64,000 nucleotides of DNA from Candidatus Poriferihabitaceae bacterium (GCA_965206445.1 CBDBJR010000002.1:2488280-2552279); one strand, 5' to 3'. Positions 31,018 to 44,186 are shown, numbered from the stretch's first letter. Translations and numbers: made by a program. The notes: generated from the sequence alone by a model not told the origin.

Positions 31018-32762
31018 CGAGGCCACGTTTGCGCTCCGCTGCGGCGGCATTTTGTTTACTGCTCGGGGTGGTTGCGGGTGCGCCGCCGGCCGCCGCCGAC
31101 ACCCGGGCAACGCTGGATCGCGACCGCATTCACGCCGATGAAACCGTGCGTCTGGTGATTCAAACCGACGGGCAGGATCAGGGCGCTCAACCCGACCTGC
31201 GCGCATTGGAAGCCAACTTCGAGCTGCTGAGCAGCAGCAGTCAGCGCAACATTTCGATCACCAACGGGCAGCAGCAATCCAGCCGCCAATGGCTGATTGA
31301 GCTGGCACCCAAAACCACCGGCAGCATTGTCATTGCGCCGATTCGGGTCGGCGCGGCGGTCACCAACCCGCTGACCCTGACCGTGCTGCCGCCGCGCAAC
31401 CAAACGGCGACGGACGCACAGCCGGTGTTTGTCGAGGTCGACGTCATGCCCCGGCAAGCCTATGTACAGCAGCAGATCGACTTGATCATCAAGCTGTATA
31501 TCGCCATTACCGGACAGATCACCGGCACACTGAGCGAGCCGCAGCACAACGATGTCAACGTGCAAAGAATCGGCGCCGACACCCAGTACGGTCAGACCCG
31601 GCAAGGCCAGCAATATCGGATAATCGAACGGCGGTACGTGCTGTTTGCACAAAAAAGCGGCCTGATTCCCCTGCCGCCGATCCGGTTTGAAGGCCGGTTG
31701 CAATCGAGCGGCCAATCGAACCAGGGCGCGTTTAACAACCTTTTCAATCAGGGTCAGCCCATCCGGGCCCGCTCGGGCGCCATCCGGCTCGACGTGCTGC
31801 CGCCCAATCCGCAGTACACCGGCAGCCCGTGGCTGCCGGCAGAGCAACTGCAAATAACCGAGCTGGCCCAGCCGTCCGCACCGTCGGACATCACCGTGGG
31901 GCAGCCGATCAACCGGCAAATCCGAATCCAGGCGAACGGCCTCACGGCGGAACAACTGGCCGAGATCAGCCTGCCCGCCTCCGAACAGTACAAAGCCTAT
32001 GCCGATCGGCCGGAGCGGACGACCACCACCGATAACGGCAAAATGGCCGCCCAGCTGACCCAGAGCTTTGCGCTGATACCGACCCGCGCCGGCACATTGA
32101 CGCTGCCGGAAATCAAAATCGACTGGTGGGATACCCGCGAAAATCGGCAGCGAGCCGCCGTTTTACCGGCGCAGCAGATCACCGTCAGCCCGGCGGTCGC
32201 CGCCCCGCAGCCCGGGCAAACCGCCACGCCGGCCGACCCGGCGCTGACAGCGGCCGGAGCAGACGGCGAGCAGCCGGTATCGACGGCAGCCGGCAACGCG
32301 CAGCGGCGCTGGCAACTGGTCAGCGCCGTGCTGCTGGCATTGTGGCTGGCGACGCTGGCAATCCTGGCGCCACGCTGGCGCCGCCGGTCGCAGCGCGCCC
32401 CGCCCGCCGCCGACCAGCGCCCCGGGCAGCCCGATGCCGGGCAAGCGCTGAAAGCACTGCGGCAGGCCTGTACGGGTGGTCAACCGGCGAAAATCCGCCG
32501 CGCGCTGCTGCACTGGGCGGCGGCCACCTGGCCGCGCACGGCGCCGCAAACGCTCTCGGATATCACCGCATTGACCACCGAAGCGGCGTTAAATGACCAC
32601 ATCCGACAACTGGACGCGGCGCTGTATGCCAGCCACGACAGCGACTGGAGTGCGGGTCGGCTGTGGCATCTGGTCAACGACTACGCCCGCCGCCATGCTG
32701 CCGACCCGGCCGCCCCCGAACCGGCGGCAGCGGCCGGGTTGCCGGCGCTGTATCCGTTATGA
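31011..32762 (+). CDS. BatD-family protein
   Basis: Signal peptide, ATLDRDRI, YVQQQI, WLPAEQL, IDWWDT, late TM segment; last gene of the moxR/VWA operon. Confidence 0.85.
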   Translation: MVARPRLRSAAAAFCLLLGVVAGAPPAAADTRATLDRDRIHADETVRLVIQTDGQDQGAQPDLRALEANFELLSSSSQRNISITNGQQQSSRQWLIELAPKTTGSIVIAPIRVGAAVTNPLTLTVLPPRNQTATDAQPVFVEVDVMPRQAYVQQQIDLIIKLYIAITGQITGTLSEPQHNDVNVQRIGADTQYGQTRQGQQYRIIERRYVLFAQKSGLIPLPPIRFEGRLQSSGQSNQGAFNNLFNQGQPIRARSGAIRLDVLPPNPQYTGSPWLPAEQLQITELAQPSAPSDITVGQPINRQIRIQANGLTAEQLAEISLPASEQYKAYADRPERTTTTDNGKMAAQLTQSFALIPTRAGTLTLPEIKIDWWDTRENRQRAAVLPAQQITVSPAVAAPQPGQTATPADPALTAAGADGEQPVSTAAGNAQRRWQLVSAVLLALWLATLAILAPRWRRRSQRAPPAADQRPGQPDAGQALKALRQACTGGQPAKIRRALLHWAAATWPRTAPQTLSDITALTTEAALNDHIRQLDAALYASHDSDWSAGRLWHLVNDYARRHAADPAAPEPAAAAGLPALYPL

Positions 32763-32772
32763 TCCCCGGCGG

Positions 32773-33618
32773 CTACCGGGGTGGCATCGGGCGGGCTATC
32801 TGCGCGAATGCAGAATGGTTGTGGATCGATTCAAAGTTTTCCACGGTGACCGTATAGGCGCCGATGCGCTCGTCCCGATTGCAGCACTGAGCGACATCGC
32901 GCACCAGATCCTCGACAAATTTGGGGTTGTCGTAGGCCTGTTCGGTGAGAAATTTTTCATCGCTGCGCTTGAGCAAGCCATACAATTGCGCGCTGGCCTG
33001 CGATTCGACCATGGCCACGAGCGCTTCGATCGAGAGCACGGCGCGGTCGTTGGCCGGGGCGGCTTCGAGCGTCACATGCGCGCGTTGATTGTGCGCGCCA
33101 TAATCCGATATGGCTTTCGAGCACGGGCACAGGCTGGTCACCGGGATGACGATTTTGAGTATGCTCGGGTGCGCATCAGGCCCAATCTCGCCAATAAAGC
33201 TGGTCTGATAATCAAGCAGGCTGGCAATCCCGCTGACCGGCGCGGTCTTCGAGATAAAGTAGGGAAAAGTCATCTCGATGCGCCCGCTACGGGCGTCCAG
33301 CCGGTCGCACATGCGCGTCAGCCACTCAGCAAAGGACGCCATAGTCCAACACCGGTCGCCGCCGAGCAAGTCGATAAAGCGCGACATGTGCGTACCTCTG
33401 ACGTCCGCCGCCAGGCCGACACTCATACTAAAGCAAGCCACCGTTGACTGCGCCGCACCCCGATCCTGCACCACCACCGGATAGCGCAGCCGACGAATGC
33501 CAACCTGATTGATTGCCAGATTGCGACCATCGGCACGGCTTTGCACATCCGCCAGCGCGAGCGCATCCCGACCGGAGGCGGCGCCGGATGGCGGCGCCGA
33601 TTGACGCTGGCTAGACAT
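32773..33618 (-). CDS. folE2: GTP cyclohydrolase IB
   Basis: RGTHMSRF, VTSLCPCSK, GAHNQR, NPKFVED, ENFESIHNHSA. Confidence 0.93.
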   Translation of the reverse strand: MSSQRQSAPPSGAASGRDALALADVQSRADGRNLAINQVGIRRLRYPVVVQDRGAAQSTVACFSMSVGLAADVRGTHMSRFIDLLGGDRCWTMASFAEWLTRMCDRLDARSGRIEMTFPYFISKTAPVSGIASLLDYQTSFIGEIGPDAHPSILKIVIPVTSLCPCSKAISDYGAHNQRAHVTLEAAPANDRAVLSIEALVAMVESQASAQLYGLLKRSDEKFLTEQAYDNPKFVEDLVRDVAQCCNRDERIGAYTVTVENFESIHNHSAFAQIARPMPPR

Positions 33619-33716
33619 GGTCTTATCAACTCCGACAGTAGATCGCATCAACACATTTTACCTTGATTAGCCAGCAATAGCGCATCGCCCCCACCCGCCA
33701 AATCCCCAATTGAACA

Positions 33717-33899
33717 TCCCCAATTCCCAATTCCCAATTCCCAATTCCCAATTCCCAATTCCCAATTCCCAATTCCCAATTCCCAATTCCCAATTCCCAA
33801 TTCCCAATTCCCAATTCCCAATTCCCAATTCCCAATTCCTAATTCCTAATTCCTAATTCCTAATTCCCGCCGCAGGCGGATTTCCCGCCGAAGGCGGAT
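33717..33899. repeat. (TTCCCAA)16(TTCCTAA)4 array plus two CCGCC-GNA-GGCGG hairpins
   Basis: Read directly; overlaps the dxs 3' end. Confidence 0.95.
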
Positions 33900-35769
33900 C
33901 TTCCAGCCGCTGTAAAATCCGCCGCTGCACACTGGCCGCATCCAGCCCGCACTCGGCCAGTTGCTGCTCGCGGCTGCCCTGCTCGATATGCCGGTCGGGA
34001 ATCCCCAGATTGAGCACCTCGACGGCGCGCCGATTGGCCGCCAGCACTTCGTTAACCGCCGACCCAGCCCCCCCCATCAGCACATGATCCTCGAGCGTGA
34101 CCAGCAATGCACCGCTATCCGCCAGCTGCAAAATCAAGGCCTCATCCAGCGGCTTGACGAACCGCATATTGACCAGCGTACACGCCAGCTGTTCGGCCAC
34201 CGGCTCGGCCAGCGCGACCAGCGCGCCAAACGCCAGAATGGCAACCTCCCGGCCCGGCCCGGCCGCCTGCCGGCGAATTTCGGCTTTGCCCAGCGGCAGC
34301 GCCGTCATGGCCGCGACTTCCGCCACCCCCGGACCGCTGCCGCGCGGGTAGCGCACCGCAGCCGGCCCCGGGTGGTGATACGCGGTATGCAGCATATCCC
34401 GGCACTCGCGCTCGTCCGCCGGCGCCATGACCACCATGCCGGGGATGCAGCGCAAAAAAGCATAATCATAATTGCCCGCATGCGTCGCCCCATCCGCACC
34501 AACCAGGCCGGCGCGGTCAATCGCCAGCGTCACGTCCAGTTCCTGAATCGCAATATCGTGGATCAATTGGTCGTAGGCGCGCTGCAAAAAAGTCGCGTAG
34601 ATCGCCACCACCGGCTTATAGCCCTCGCACACCAGCCCGGCGGCAAACGTCAGCGCATGCTGTTCGGCGATGCCGACGTCGAAGTAGCGGTCGGGATAGT
34701 CCTGCGAAAACCGCACCAGGCCGGAGCCCTCGCGCATCGCCGGGGTAATGCCGATCAGGCGCTCGTCCTGCGCCGCCGTATCACACAGCCAATCGCCAAA
34801 CACGCCGGTGTAGGTACGCGCCCGGCTTCGGCTTTCCATTTTCCCGGTGCCCGGGTTGAACGGGGTGACGCCGTGAAAAATACACGGGTCACCCTCGGCC
34901 GGCTGGAATCCTTTGCCCTTTTGGGTGACGACATGCAAAAAGCGCGGCCCCTTGATCTCCAGCATATTGCGCAAGGTGGCGACCAGGGTATGCAGATTAT
35001 GCCCGTCAATCGGGCCGATATAATAAAACCCCAGCTCCTCGAACAGCGTGCTCGGCATCACCATGCCCTTCATGTGCTCTTCCCAGCGGCGCGCGAGATT
35101 TTTGACCGACGGCGGCAGCGTGCTGAGCACGGTCTTGCTGCCTTCGCGCACACTGGTATACGCTTTGCCGGATAAAATGCGCGCCAGATAATTTGACACC
35201 GCGCCGACATTGGGCGAGATCGACATTTCGTTGTCGTTCAGGATGACCAGCAGGTTGGCGTCCAGATCGCCGGCATTATTCAACGCCTCAAACGCCATGC
35301 CGCCGGTCAGCGCGCCGTCGCCGATAACCGCCACCACTTCGCTGGCCTGGTGCGCCAGCTGCATCGCCACCGCCATCCCGAGCGCGGCGCTGATCGAGGT
35401 GCTCGCGTGGCCGGCGCCAAAGGTATCGAATTCGCTCTCACTGCGCCGCAAAAAACCGGACAACCCGCGATGCTGGCGGATACTGTGCAGGCCGTCGCGC
35501 CGACCGGTCAGAATTTTGTGCGGATACGCCTGATGGCCAATGTCCCAGACCAGCCGATCGGTCGGGGTGTCGAGCACATAGTGCAGCGCCAGAGTCAGCT
35601 CGACCGCGCCCAGACCGGGCGCCAAATGGCCGCCGGTCTGCGAGGTCACCGCAATCAGATACTGCCGCAGCTCCGCCGCCAGCTGCGGCAACCGGCGCGC
35701 TTCCAGCTGCCGCAGTTGCGCGGGGTGATCGATGCTGAATAACAGCGGGTATGGGCTACTGTCCGGCAT
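33853..35769 (-). CDS. dxs: 1-deoxy-D-xylulose-5-phosphate synthase
   Basis: [47 protein letters not shown]. Confidence 0.96.
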   Translation of the reverse strand: MPDSSPYPLLFSIDHPAQLRQLEARRLPQLAAELRQYLIAVTSQTGGHLAPGLGAVELTLALHYVLDTPTDRLVWDIGHQAYPHKILTGRRDGLHSIRQHRGLSGFLRRSESEFDTFGAGHASTSISAALGMAVAMQLAHQASEVVAVIGDGALTGGMAFEALNNAGDLDANLLVILNDNEMSISPNVGAVSNYLARILSGKAYTSVREGSKTVLSTLPPSVKNLARRWEEHMKGMVMPSTLFEELGFYYIGPIDGHNLHTLVATLRNMLEIKGPRFLHVVTQKGKGFQPAEGDPCIFHGVTPFNPGTGKMESRSRARTYTGVFGDWLCDTAAQDERLIGITPAMREGSGLVRFSQDYPDRYFDVGIAEQHALTFAAGLVCEGYKPVVAIYATFLQRAYDQLIHDIAIQELDVTLAIDRAGLVGADGATHAGNYDYAFLRCIPGMVVMAPADERECRDMLHTAYHHPGPAAVRYPRGSGPGVAEVAAMTALPLGKAEIRRQAAGPGREVAILAFGALVALAEPVAEQLACTLVNMRFVKPLDEALILQLADSGALLVTLEDHVLMGGAGSAVNEVLAANRRAVEVLNLGIPDRHIEQGSREQQLAECGLDAASVQRRILQRLEDPPSAGNPPAAGIRN

Positions 35770-35771
35770 GC

Positions 35772-36674
35772 CTAGTGGCTCCGATGGCGCACAAAATGAA
35801 CCAGTTCAATCAAAAACCCGGCATTATCCCCTAAATCCTGCACCGATTCGATAGCCTGCCGACAAACTTTGTCGGCTTGCCGGCGGGCTTTTTCCAACCC
35901 AAAAAACGACACATAGGTTGATTTGTCGTGCTGCCGGTCGGTGCCGGCCGCCTTGCCCAGCACCTCGGCGGTCGAAGTCGCATCCAGCAGATCATCGACA
36001 ATTTGAAACGCCAGCCCGAGATAGCCGGCATACCGGTCCAACTGCGTCACCAGCCGGTCGGTTGCCGTCTCACTGCTCAACGCCCCCAGCTGGGCCGCCG
36101 CCCGCATCAGCGCACCGGTTTTCAACCGGTGCATCCGCTGCAGCTGCGCCAGGCTGATCTGCGCCGCCGTCGCCTGCATATCGAGCTGCTGGCCGCCGAC
36201 CATGCCGCCGCTGGCGCGCGCGAACAGGTGCAGCATGCGCAGGCGTCTGGCGGCATTGACGGTCAGCCCGGGGTCGCCGGCCAGCAACTCAAACGCCAGC
36301 GCCTGCAACGCGTCGCCCACCAGCACCGCGGTGGCCTCGTCAAATTGAATATGGCAGGCGGCGCGATCACGCCGCAGCGCGTCGTCGTCCATCGCCGGCA
36401 AATCATCGTGGGTCAGCGAATACGCATGCACCATCTCAACCGCCGCGGCGGCGGCATCCAGCTGCGCGATTTCAGCGCCCGCCAATTGCCCGCAGGCGTA
36501 GACCAGCATCGCCCGAATGCGCTTGCCGCCGCCCAGGCAGACATACCGCATCGCCTCATACAGCGGTGCCAGATCAGCCGAGTCGGTTGCCAATCCGGCT
36601 TGCAGCGCCTGCTCGCAGCGCCGACGGTAGCCGGCCGAAGTCAATTCAAATGACGACAAGGCGCTCCATCCCAA
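35772..36674 (-). CDS. ispA: Farnesyl diphosphate synthase (start uncertain)
   Basis: [34 protein letters not shown]; xseB-ispA-dxs order. Confidence 0.92.
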   Translation of the reverse strand: MGWSALSSFELTSAGYRRRCEQALQAGLATDSADLAPLYEAMRYVCLGGGKRIRAMLVYACGQLAGAEIAQLDAAAAAVEMVHAYSLTHDDLPAMDDDALRRDRAACHIQFDEATAVLVGDALQALAFELLAGDPGLTVNAARRLRMLHLFARASGGMVGGQQLDMQATAAQISLAQLQRMHRLKTGALMRAAAQLGALSSETATDRLVTQLDRYAGYLGLAFQIVDDLLDATSTAEVLGKAAGTDRQHDKSTYVSFFGLEKARRQADKVCRQAIESVQDLGDNAGFLIELVHFVRHRSH

Positions 36675-36695
36675 CCGCGCATCCGACCCGGCGCA

Positions 36696-36995
36696 TCATG
36701 CCTCGCGGTGGTCTTCGATTGCGCCATCCGTTTCCTCCCCCGCATCTGTTTCCTCCCCTGTGGGCGACAGCGGCTCGAGCACATATTCACCGTCTTTTTT
36801 AACCAGCCGGTCAACCCGCTGCTGCGCCTGATCGAGGCTGATGCGGCATTCGCGGGCCAGCGCCATGCCGTGTTCAAAATCTTTCAGCATGCGATCCAGC
36901 GCTTGATCGCCCTGCTCCATGCGGCTGACGATTTTCTCCAGTTCGGCCAGCGATTGCTCAAATGCCGGACGGGTGTCCCGGTTTGCTTTAGACAT
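36696..36995 (-). CDS. xseB: Exodeoxyribonuclease VII small subunit
   Basis: FEQSLAELEKIVSRMEQG...FEHGMAL; synteny with ispA. Confidence 0.9.
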   Translation of the reverse strand: MSKANRDTRPAFEQSLAELEKIVSRMEQGDQALDRMLKDFEHGMALARECRISLDQAQQRVDRLVKKDGEYVLEPLSPTGEETDAGEETDGAIEDHREA

Positions 36996-37187
36996 ACAAT
37001 TGGATTCGGCGATATAACGACGGCAGGGCCGCCCGACAGTAAACGGGTGTTTGCGCCGGCAGGCGCATATACCCCCGTATGCTACCAGATTCCGACCGCC
37101 GAGCGCAGCCGAATCGGTCGCCGGATGATGCCCAATCGGTGGCCGATTGGGCTATGATCGCCCTCCCTGCAACCACCCCGAACCACG

Positions 37188-39083
37188 ATGAATCACCGCT
37201 ATACTGCCGCTGCAATTGAAGTCCTGACCGGGCTGGAACCGGTTCGCAAACGGCCCGGGATGTATACCCAGACCGAACGTCCAAACCACCTGGCGCACGA
37301 GGTCATCGACAACAGCGTGGATGAAGTGCTGGCCGGGCACGCGGATTTGATTGAGGTCTGCCTGCATACCGACGGCTCGTTGAGCGTGGCCGACAACGGC
37401 CGCGGCATGCCGGTGGATATCCACCGCGAGCAGGGCATCAGCGGCGTCGAGCTGCTCCTGACCCGGCTGCACGCCGGCGGCAAATTTTCCTCGGACCACT
37501 ACCGGTTTGCGGGCGGACTGCACGGGGTCGGGGTATCGGTCGTCAACGCCCTGTCGCAGTGGCTGCACGTCTGGGTCAAACGCGACGGCGGACGCTACCG
37601 GATGGCGTTTGCCAACGGCGACAAGCAATCCGAGCTCGAGCGCATCGGCAGCGTGAACCGCAACGACACCGGCACCCTGCTGCGGTTTTTACCCGACCCG
37701 CAGTTCTTTGACACAGCCGCATTCAACCTGCCGCAAATCAAGCGCACCCTGCACGCCAAAGCGGTGCTGTGCCCCGGGTTGCAGCTTCGCCTGACCGACG
37801 AGAACAACGCCGACAACAATGCCGTCTGGCAATACGAAAAGGGGCTGGGCGAATACCTGAGTGCCGCGCTCGAGCAGGCGGAGTCGGTGCCGGTCGAGCC
37901 GTTCTGCGAGCAGCAGTCGACCGACGACGGCGAGGTGCACTGGGCGGTTGCCTGGGTGGCGGACGGCGGCCCGTGCGTCACCGAAAGCTATGTCAACCTC
38001 ATCCCCACCGGCCTCGGCGGCACCCATGTCAACGGCTTTCGCAGCGGCCTCACCGAAGCGCTGCGGGAATTCTGCGAATTTCACACCCTGCTGCCGCGCA
38101 CGCTCAAACTGGCGCCGGAGGATGTGTGGAAAAGCTGCACCTATGTGTTATCGGTGCGCATCAAGGAGCCGCAGTTCAGCGGCCAGACCAAAGACCGGCT
38201 GTCGTCGCGTGAAACCGCCGGCCTGGTGCAGGCGGCGGTCAAGGATGCGTTCAGTCTGTGGTTGAACCGGCATATCGAGGTGGCGGAAAAAATCGCGCGC
38301 ATCGTCATCGACCACGCCCATCAGCGGCAGCGGGCCGGCCGGCACGTCAAACGCAAAAAAATCACCACCGGCCCGGCTCTGCCCGGCAAACTGGCGGATT
38401 GCAGCAGCGATGATCCGGAATTGACCGAGTTATTTCTGGTCGAAGGCGATTCGGCCGGCGGGTCGGCAAAACAGGCGCGCGACCGCACTTTCCAGGCCAT
38501 CCTGCCGCTGCGCGGGAAAATTCTCAATACCTGGGAGGTCGATTCGGCCGAAGTCCTCGGCTCGCAGGAAGTGCACGATATTGCGGTGGCCCTCGGGGTT
38601 GACCCCGGCTCGACCGATTTGTCCGCCGTGCGCTATGGCCGGGTCTGCATTCTGGCCGATGCGGATTCGGACGGGGCACATATTGCCGCGCTGCTGTGCG
38701 CGCTGTTTATGCGGCATTTCCCGGCGTTGGTGGAAAACGAGCGCGTCTGCGTGGCCATGCCGCCGTTATATCGCATTGATGTGGCAAAACGGGTTTTTTA
38801 TGCGCTCGATGACGGCGAGCGGGAACACATTCTCAAGCGCATCGAGCGCGAGAAAATTCCGGGCACAATCGCGGTGCAGCGCTTCAAGGGGCTGGGCGAG
38901 ATGAACCCGCCGCAACTGCGCGAAACCACGATGAACCCGGCCACCCGGCGCCTGGTGCAGCTGCAACTCGGTCACAGCGGCGACACGTTCAAGATGATGG
39001 ATATGCTGCTGGCAAAAAAGCGCGCCGCGGACAGAAAATCATGGATCACCCGCAAAGGCAATCAGGTCGAGCTTGACGGCTAA
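37188..39083 (+). CDS. parE: DNA topoisomerase IV subunit B
   Basis: RKRPGMY, EVIDNSVDE, LVEGDSAGGSAKQARD, ILNTWEV, ADADSDG; 631 aa. Confidence 0.95.
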   Translation: MNHRYTAAAIEVLTGLEPVRKRPGMYTQTERPNHLAHEVIDNSVDEVLAGHADLIEVCLHTDGSLSVADNGRGMPVDIHREQGISGVELLLTRLHAGGKFSSDHYRFAGGLHGVGVSVVNALSQWLHVWVKRDGGRYRMAFANGDKQSELERIGSVNRNDTGTLLRFLPDPQFFDTAAFNLPQIKRTLHAKAVLCPGLQLRLTDENNADNNAVWQYEKGLGEYLSAALEQAESVPVEPFCEQQSTDDGEVHWAVAWVADGGPCVTESYVNLIPTGLGGTHVNGFRSGLTEALREFCEFHTLLPRTLKLAPEDVWKSCTYVLSVRIKEPQFSGQTKDRLSSRETAGLVQAAVKDAFSLWLNRHIEVAEKIARIVIDHAHQRQRAGRHVKRKKITTGPALPGKLADCSSDDPELTELFLVEGDSAGGSAKQARDRTFQAILPLRGKILNTWEVDSAEVLGSQEVHDIAVALGVDPGSTDLSAVRYGRVCILADADSDGAHIAALLCALFMRHFPALVENERVCVAMPPLYRIDVAKRVFYALDDGEREHILKRIEREKIPGTIAVQRFKGLGEMNPPQLRETTMNPATRRLVQLQLGHSGDTFKMMDMLLAKKRAADRKSWITRKGNQVELDG

Positions 39084-39104
39084 GCGGCCGCCCGCCGGGG
39101 CGTG

Positions 39105-40409
<1,305 letters not shown>

Positions 40410-40555
40410 TTCAGTTCACCCGACGGCATTAAAGGATGGTGCACCCGCATGGACGGGCACTTCGCCGAGCGCTTCGCCCCGGCTGCTGATGCCGTGCGGG
40501 CGTGCATTGCACGGCCAACCTGCAATCAGGCGGCTGACGCCGCCGGGCAGCGCGA

Positions 40556-40756
40556 TCAGCGTTTGTATCTGGCCTGGAATTTACTGATCCGACCGGCCGT
40601 ATCGACCAGCTTTTGTTTGCCGGTATAAAACGCATGGCAGGCCGAACACACCTCGACCTGCAGATCGTCCTTCAGCGTGGATTTGGTGATAAAGCGGTTA
40701 CCGCAGACACACGCCACGTTGAGATCGTGATAGTCTGGATGGATACCTGATTTCAT
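40556..40756 (-). CDS. rpmE: 50S ribosomal protein L31 (zinc-binding type)
   Basis: [26 protein letters not shown]. Confidence 0.95.
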   Translation of the reverse strand: MKSGIHPDYHDLNVACVCGNRFITKSTLKDDLQVEVCSACHAFYTGKQKLVDTAGRISKFQARYKR

Positions 40757-40917
40757 AGCATACTCGCGGGCAATTGGGCGACCGAGCGGATCGACCGGGT
40801 GGCAAAAACGGGAGCGCTATCTTATTGCAAAACCCCGATCGGATCAAGACCACGCGTTAACCGTGTGGATGCAAGCAACGCGGCTTGCAGGCCGCTGCCG
40901 GGTTGGTAGATTTCGAC

Positions 40918-41607
40918 TCAGACCACTGTGCAGCGCAAGTCGCCGATGTCATCGATATGCCCTTCGAGCACATCGCCGCGTTTGACCGGACCGACACCGG
41001 CGGGCGTCCCGGACAGAATCACGTCTCCCGGCGCGAGGGTGAACAGCCCGGACAGGTGGGCAACCATCTCCGGTACTTTCCATATCATCTGGTTCAGGTC
41101 GCCCTGCTGGCAAATTTTTCCGTTCCGCTTGAGCCAGATCGCACCCGCCGTCGGATGGCCGATTTCACTGGTCGGCACCAGATCGGAGGCGGGAGCGGAA
41201 TGCTCAAACGCCTTACCGATTTCCCATGGACGCCCGGCTTGCTTGCAGGCACCCTGCAGATCGCGGCGCGTCATGTCAAGGGCCACGCCATATCCCCAGA
41301 TGCAATCCAATGCGGATTCGAGCGGAATATTGCGACCGCCCTGGTACAAAGCGACCATCATTTCGATTTCATGGTGCACATCGCCGGACTTGTCAGGATA
41401 AGGGAAGTCGGCGCCACCGCTCAAAAGGTTGTCGGGGTTTTTTTGGAAAAAGAACGGCTCTTCCCGCTCCGGGTCGCCGCCCATTTCGATGCTGTGGGCA
41501 GCGTAGTTGCGGCCAACACAGTAAACGCGGCGCACTGGAAAGCGCTGATCGGAGCCGCGCACCGGCAGACTGGCCGGTACAGCCGGAGCAATGATGTATT
41601 TTGTCAT
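40918..41607 (-). CDS. Fumarylacetoacetate hydrolase-family protein
   Basis: VYCVGRNYAAH, HHEIEM, DMTRRDLQ, GDVILSGTPAGVG. Confidence 0.9.
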   Translation of the reverse strand: MTKYIIAPAVPASLPVRGSDQRFPVRRVYCVGRNYAAHSIEMGGDPEREEPFFFQKNPDNLLSGGADFPYPDKSGDVHHEIEMMVALYQGGRNIPLESALDCIWGYGVALDMTRRDLQGACKQAGRPWEIGKAFEHSAPASDLVPTSEIGHPTAGAIWLKRNGKICQQGDLNQMIWKVPEMVAHLSGLFTLAPGDVILSGTPAGVGPVKRGDVLEGHIDDIGDLRCTVV

Positions 41608-41816
41608 TCGTGTCTCCAACGACCAGTGGGGCATGATTGCCTATCGGGTGTCGATAGAACAGCGCCCGGCGGTGGTTGAGCACAGAACCCGGGGCATCGG
41701 TGCGGCGCCGGTCAGGACTGGCCCCGATAAACCGGGCGCGCAATCCGAACCGCAACAGCAGCCGGGGTTCGGTGGCGGACGCGCCCCGGCGGACGCGCGG
41801 CGCCCGGCTTCGCGTG

Positions 41817-43898
41817 TTACCGGGCCTGACGGTTTTCGACTTCCTTGATGACGACGTCGGCGATATTTTTCGGGCACGGCAGATAGTGGGAGAATTCCAT
41901 CGAGAACTGCCCGCGGCCCGAGGTCATCGTGCGCAGGTCGCCGATATAGCCGAACATCTCGCCCAGCGGCACATCCGCTTTGATGCGCACGCCCATCGCG
42001 TCGGTGTCCTGCGCCCGGATCATGCCGCGGCGGCGATTGAGATCGCCGATCACATCGCCGACGTGGCCCTCCGGGGTGAACGCATCGACTTTCATAATCG
42101 GCTCGAGCAATTGCGGGCCGGTCTTGATCATGGATTGTCGGTAGGCCGATTTGGCGGCGATCTCAAACGCCACTGCGGACGAATCAACCGCATGAAACGC
42201 GCCGTCCAGCAGCGTCACCTTGACATCCAGACACGGATATCCGGCCAGGATGCCGACCTGCATCATGTCCTTGAAGCCCTTGTCAATCGCCTGCCAGAAT
42301 TCACGCGGCACATTGCCGCCGGTGACTTTCGACGCGAACTGATAGCCGGAGCCGGTTTCGCCCGGCTCGATAACGTAGTCGATTTTGGCAAACTGCCCCG
42401 AGCCGCCGGTTTGCTTCTTGTGGGTGTAGGTGTCCTCGACCCGCCGGGTAATGGTTTCCCGGTAGGCGACCTGCGGTTTGCCGACCACGACCTCAACGCC
42501 GTGGGTGCGCTTCAGGATATCGACCTTGATATCGAGGTGCAGCTCGCCCATGCCCTTGAGTATGATTTCGCCGCTGTCCCGGTCGGTTTCAACATGAAAC
42601 GAGGGGTCCTCGGAAATCATTTTACCGAGCGCGATGCCCAGTTTCTCCGACGCGGTTTTGTCTTTCGGCGACGCCGACATGAAAATAACCGGGTCGGGAA
42701 ACACCATCGGCTCCAGCGTCGCCGGCTGTTTCGGGTCGCACAGGGTATGGCCGGTCTGCACACTTTTCATCCCCAGCACGGCGACAATGTCGCCCGCCTG
42801 AGCGGCCGCCAGCTCCTGACGGGAATTGGCGTGCATCTGCACAATTCGGCCGATGCGCTCGGTCTTGCCGGTGGTGGTATTGAGCACCATCGTGCCCTTC
42901 TCCAGGCGGCCCGAGTACATGCGGATAAACGTCAGCGCGCCAAACCGGTCATCCATAATCTTGAAGGCCAGCGCACGCAGCGGCTTATTTGCATCGACGA
43001 GGGCGAACTGGCCGGTTTCGATGCCGTTCAAATCGACCTCCGGCTGCGGCTTGACTTCCGTCGGGCTGGGCAGGTAATCGACCACGGCATCCAACACCAG
43101 CTGGACGCCCTTGTTCTTGAACGCCGAACCGCACAGGGTCGGGAAGAAATCCAGGCCAATCGTGCCTTTGCGAATACAGGCTTTGATGGTGTCGATATCC
43201 GGCTGCTCGCCGTCGAGGTATTTTTCCATCGCCACGTCGTCCTGCTCCAGCACCGTTTCCACCAGCTGCTCGCGGTATTCTTCCACCCGCTGCTGCATAT
43301 CCGCCGGCACGTCGTCGAGATGATAGTTCATCGGGTCGCTCGAGCCGTCCCAGATCCAGGCCTTGCGGGTCACCAGATCGACCACGCCGGAAAAGGCGTC
43401 TTCGATCCCGATCGGCAGCGTCAGCACCAGCGGCTCGGCGGCGAGAATGCTTTTAATCTGGGCCAGGACGCGGTAAAAATCCGCCCCGACGCGGTCCAGC
43501 TTGTTGACAAAGATGATGCGCGCCACTTCGGAGTCGTTGGCATAACGCCAGTTGGTTTCCGACTGCGGCTCAACCCCGCCCGAGCCGCAGAAGACGCCGA
43601 TGCCGCCGTCCAGCACCTTCAACGATCGGTACACCTCGATAGTAAAGTCGACATGGCCGGGGGTGTCGATAATATTCAGGCGATGCTCCGCCCATTCGCA
43701 GCTGGTGGCCGCGGACTGAATGGTAATGCCGCGTTCGCGCTCCTGATCCATGAAGTCGGTCGTCGCCTCGCCGTCGTGTACTTCGCCGATTTTATGGATT
43801 TTCCCGGTCAAGCTGAGAATGCGTTCGGTGGTGGTGGTTTTGCCCGCATCAACGTGGGCGAATATCCCGATATTTCGGTATCTTGACAGGTCGGTCAT
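41817..43898 (-). CDS. fusA: Elongation factor G (stand-alone paralog)
   Basis: [30 protein letters not shown]; not flanked by rpsG/tuf. Confidence 0.93.
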   Translation of the reverse strand: MTDLSRYRNIGIFAHVDAGKTTTTERILSLTGKIHKIGEVHDGEATTDFMDQERERGITIQSAATSCEWAEHRLNIIDTPGHVDFTIEVYRSLKVLDGGIGVFCGSGGVEPQSETNWRYANDSEVARIIFVNKLDRVGADFYRVLAQIKSILAAEPLVLTLPIGIEDAFSGVVDLVTRKAWIWDGSSDPMNYHLDDVPADMQQRVEEYREQLVETVLEQDDVAMEKYLDGEQPDIDTIKACIRKGTIGLDFFPTLCGSAFKNKGVQLVLDAVVDYLPSPTEVKPQPEVDLNGIETGQFALVDANKPLRALAFKIMDDRFGALTFIRMYSGRLEKGTMVLNTTTGKTERIGRIVQMHANSRQELAAAQAGDIVAVLGMKSVQTGHTLCDPKQPATLEPMVFPDPVIFMSASPKDKTASEKLGIALGKMISEDPSFHVETDRDSGEIILKGMGELHLDIKVDILKRTHGVEVVVGKPQVAYRETITRRVEDTYTHKKQTGGSGQFAKIDYVIEPGETGSGYQFASKVTGGNVPREFWQAIDKGFKDMMQVGILAGYPCLDVKVTLLDGAFHAVDSSAVAFEIAAKSAYRQSMIKTGPQLLEPIMKVDAFTPEGHVGDVIGDLNRRRGMIRAQDTDAMGVRIKADVPLGEMFGYIGDLRTMTSGRGQFSMEFSHYLPCPKNIADVVIKEVENRQAR

Positions 43899-44103
43899 GA
43901 GGTCAATTTATGGATTTGAAGGTATACTGATGAAAAAATCATCCCGTGCTCCGGTGCGGCTTTTAGCGTCCTCGGAAAGGCGCGAGATGATACAGCAATC
44001 AGCGCCAAAAAACAGGCCGACAGGCCGGAAAATACACTGCAAACGGCAAATTGGCATACCAGACGCGTACATCACCGGCGTAAACCGCCGCCGCCGCCTG
44101 TCT

Positions 44104-44186
44104 GCCAATGGGCAGGCGCCCGTGAGCAGGCGTCAATGCGTAGCGCCAATGAGTAGATGCCAATGAGTAGACGCCAATGAGTAGAC
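44104..44186 (+). repeat. 14-bp tandem repeat GCCAATGAGTAGAY (3 clean and 3 degenerate copies)
   Basis: Clean copies at 44145, 44159 and 44173; the last contains the start codon of the next gene. Confidence 0.85.

Noticed and set aside
33626-33835. 69-aa GIGNWEL-repeat ORF
   Set aside because: It is a translation of the heptamer array with no independent sign of coding.
41676-43886. Long antisense ORFs (here and at 4711-6288, 8741-10549, 28060-29967 and 60540-62714)
   Set aside because: They are shadow frames of well-supported genes, expected from GC-rich codon bias.
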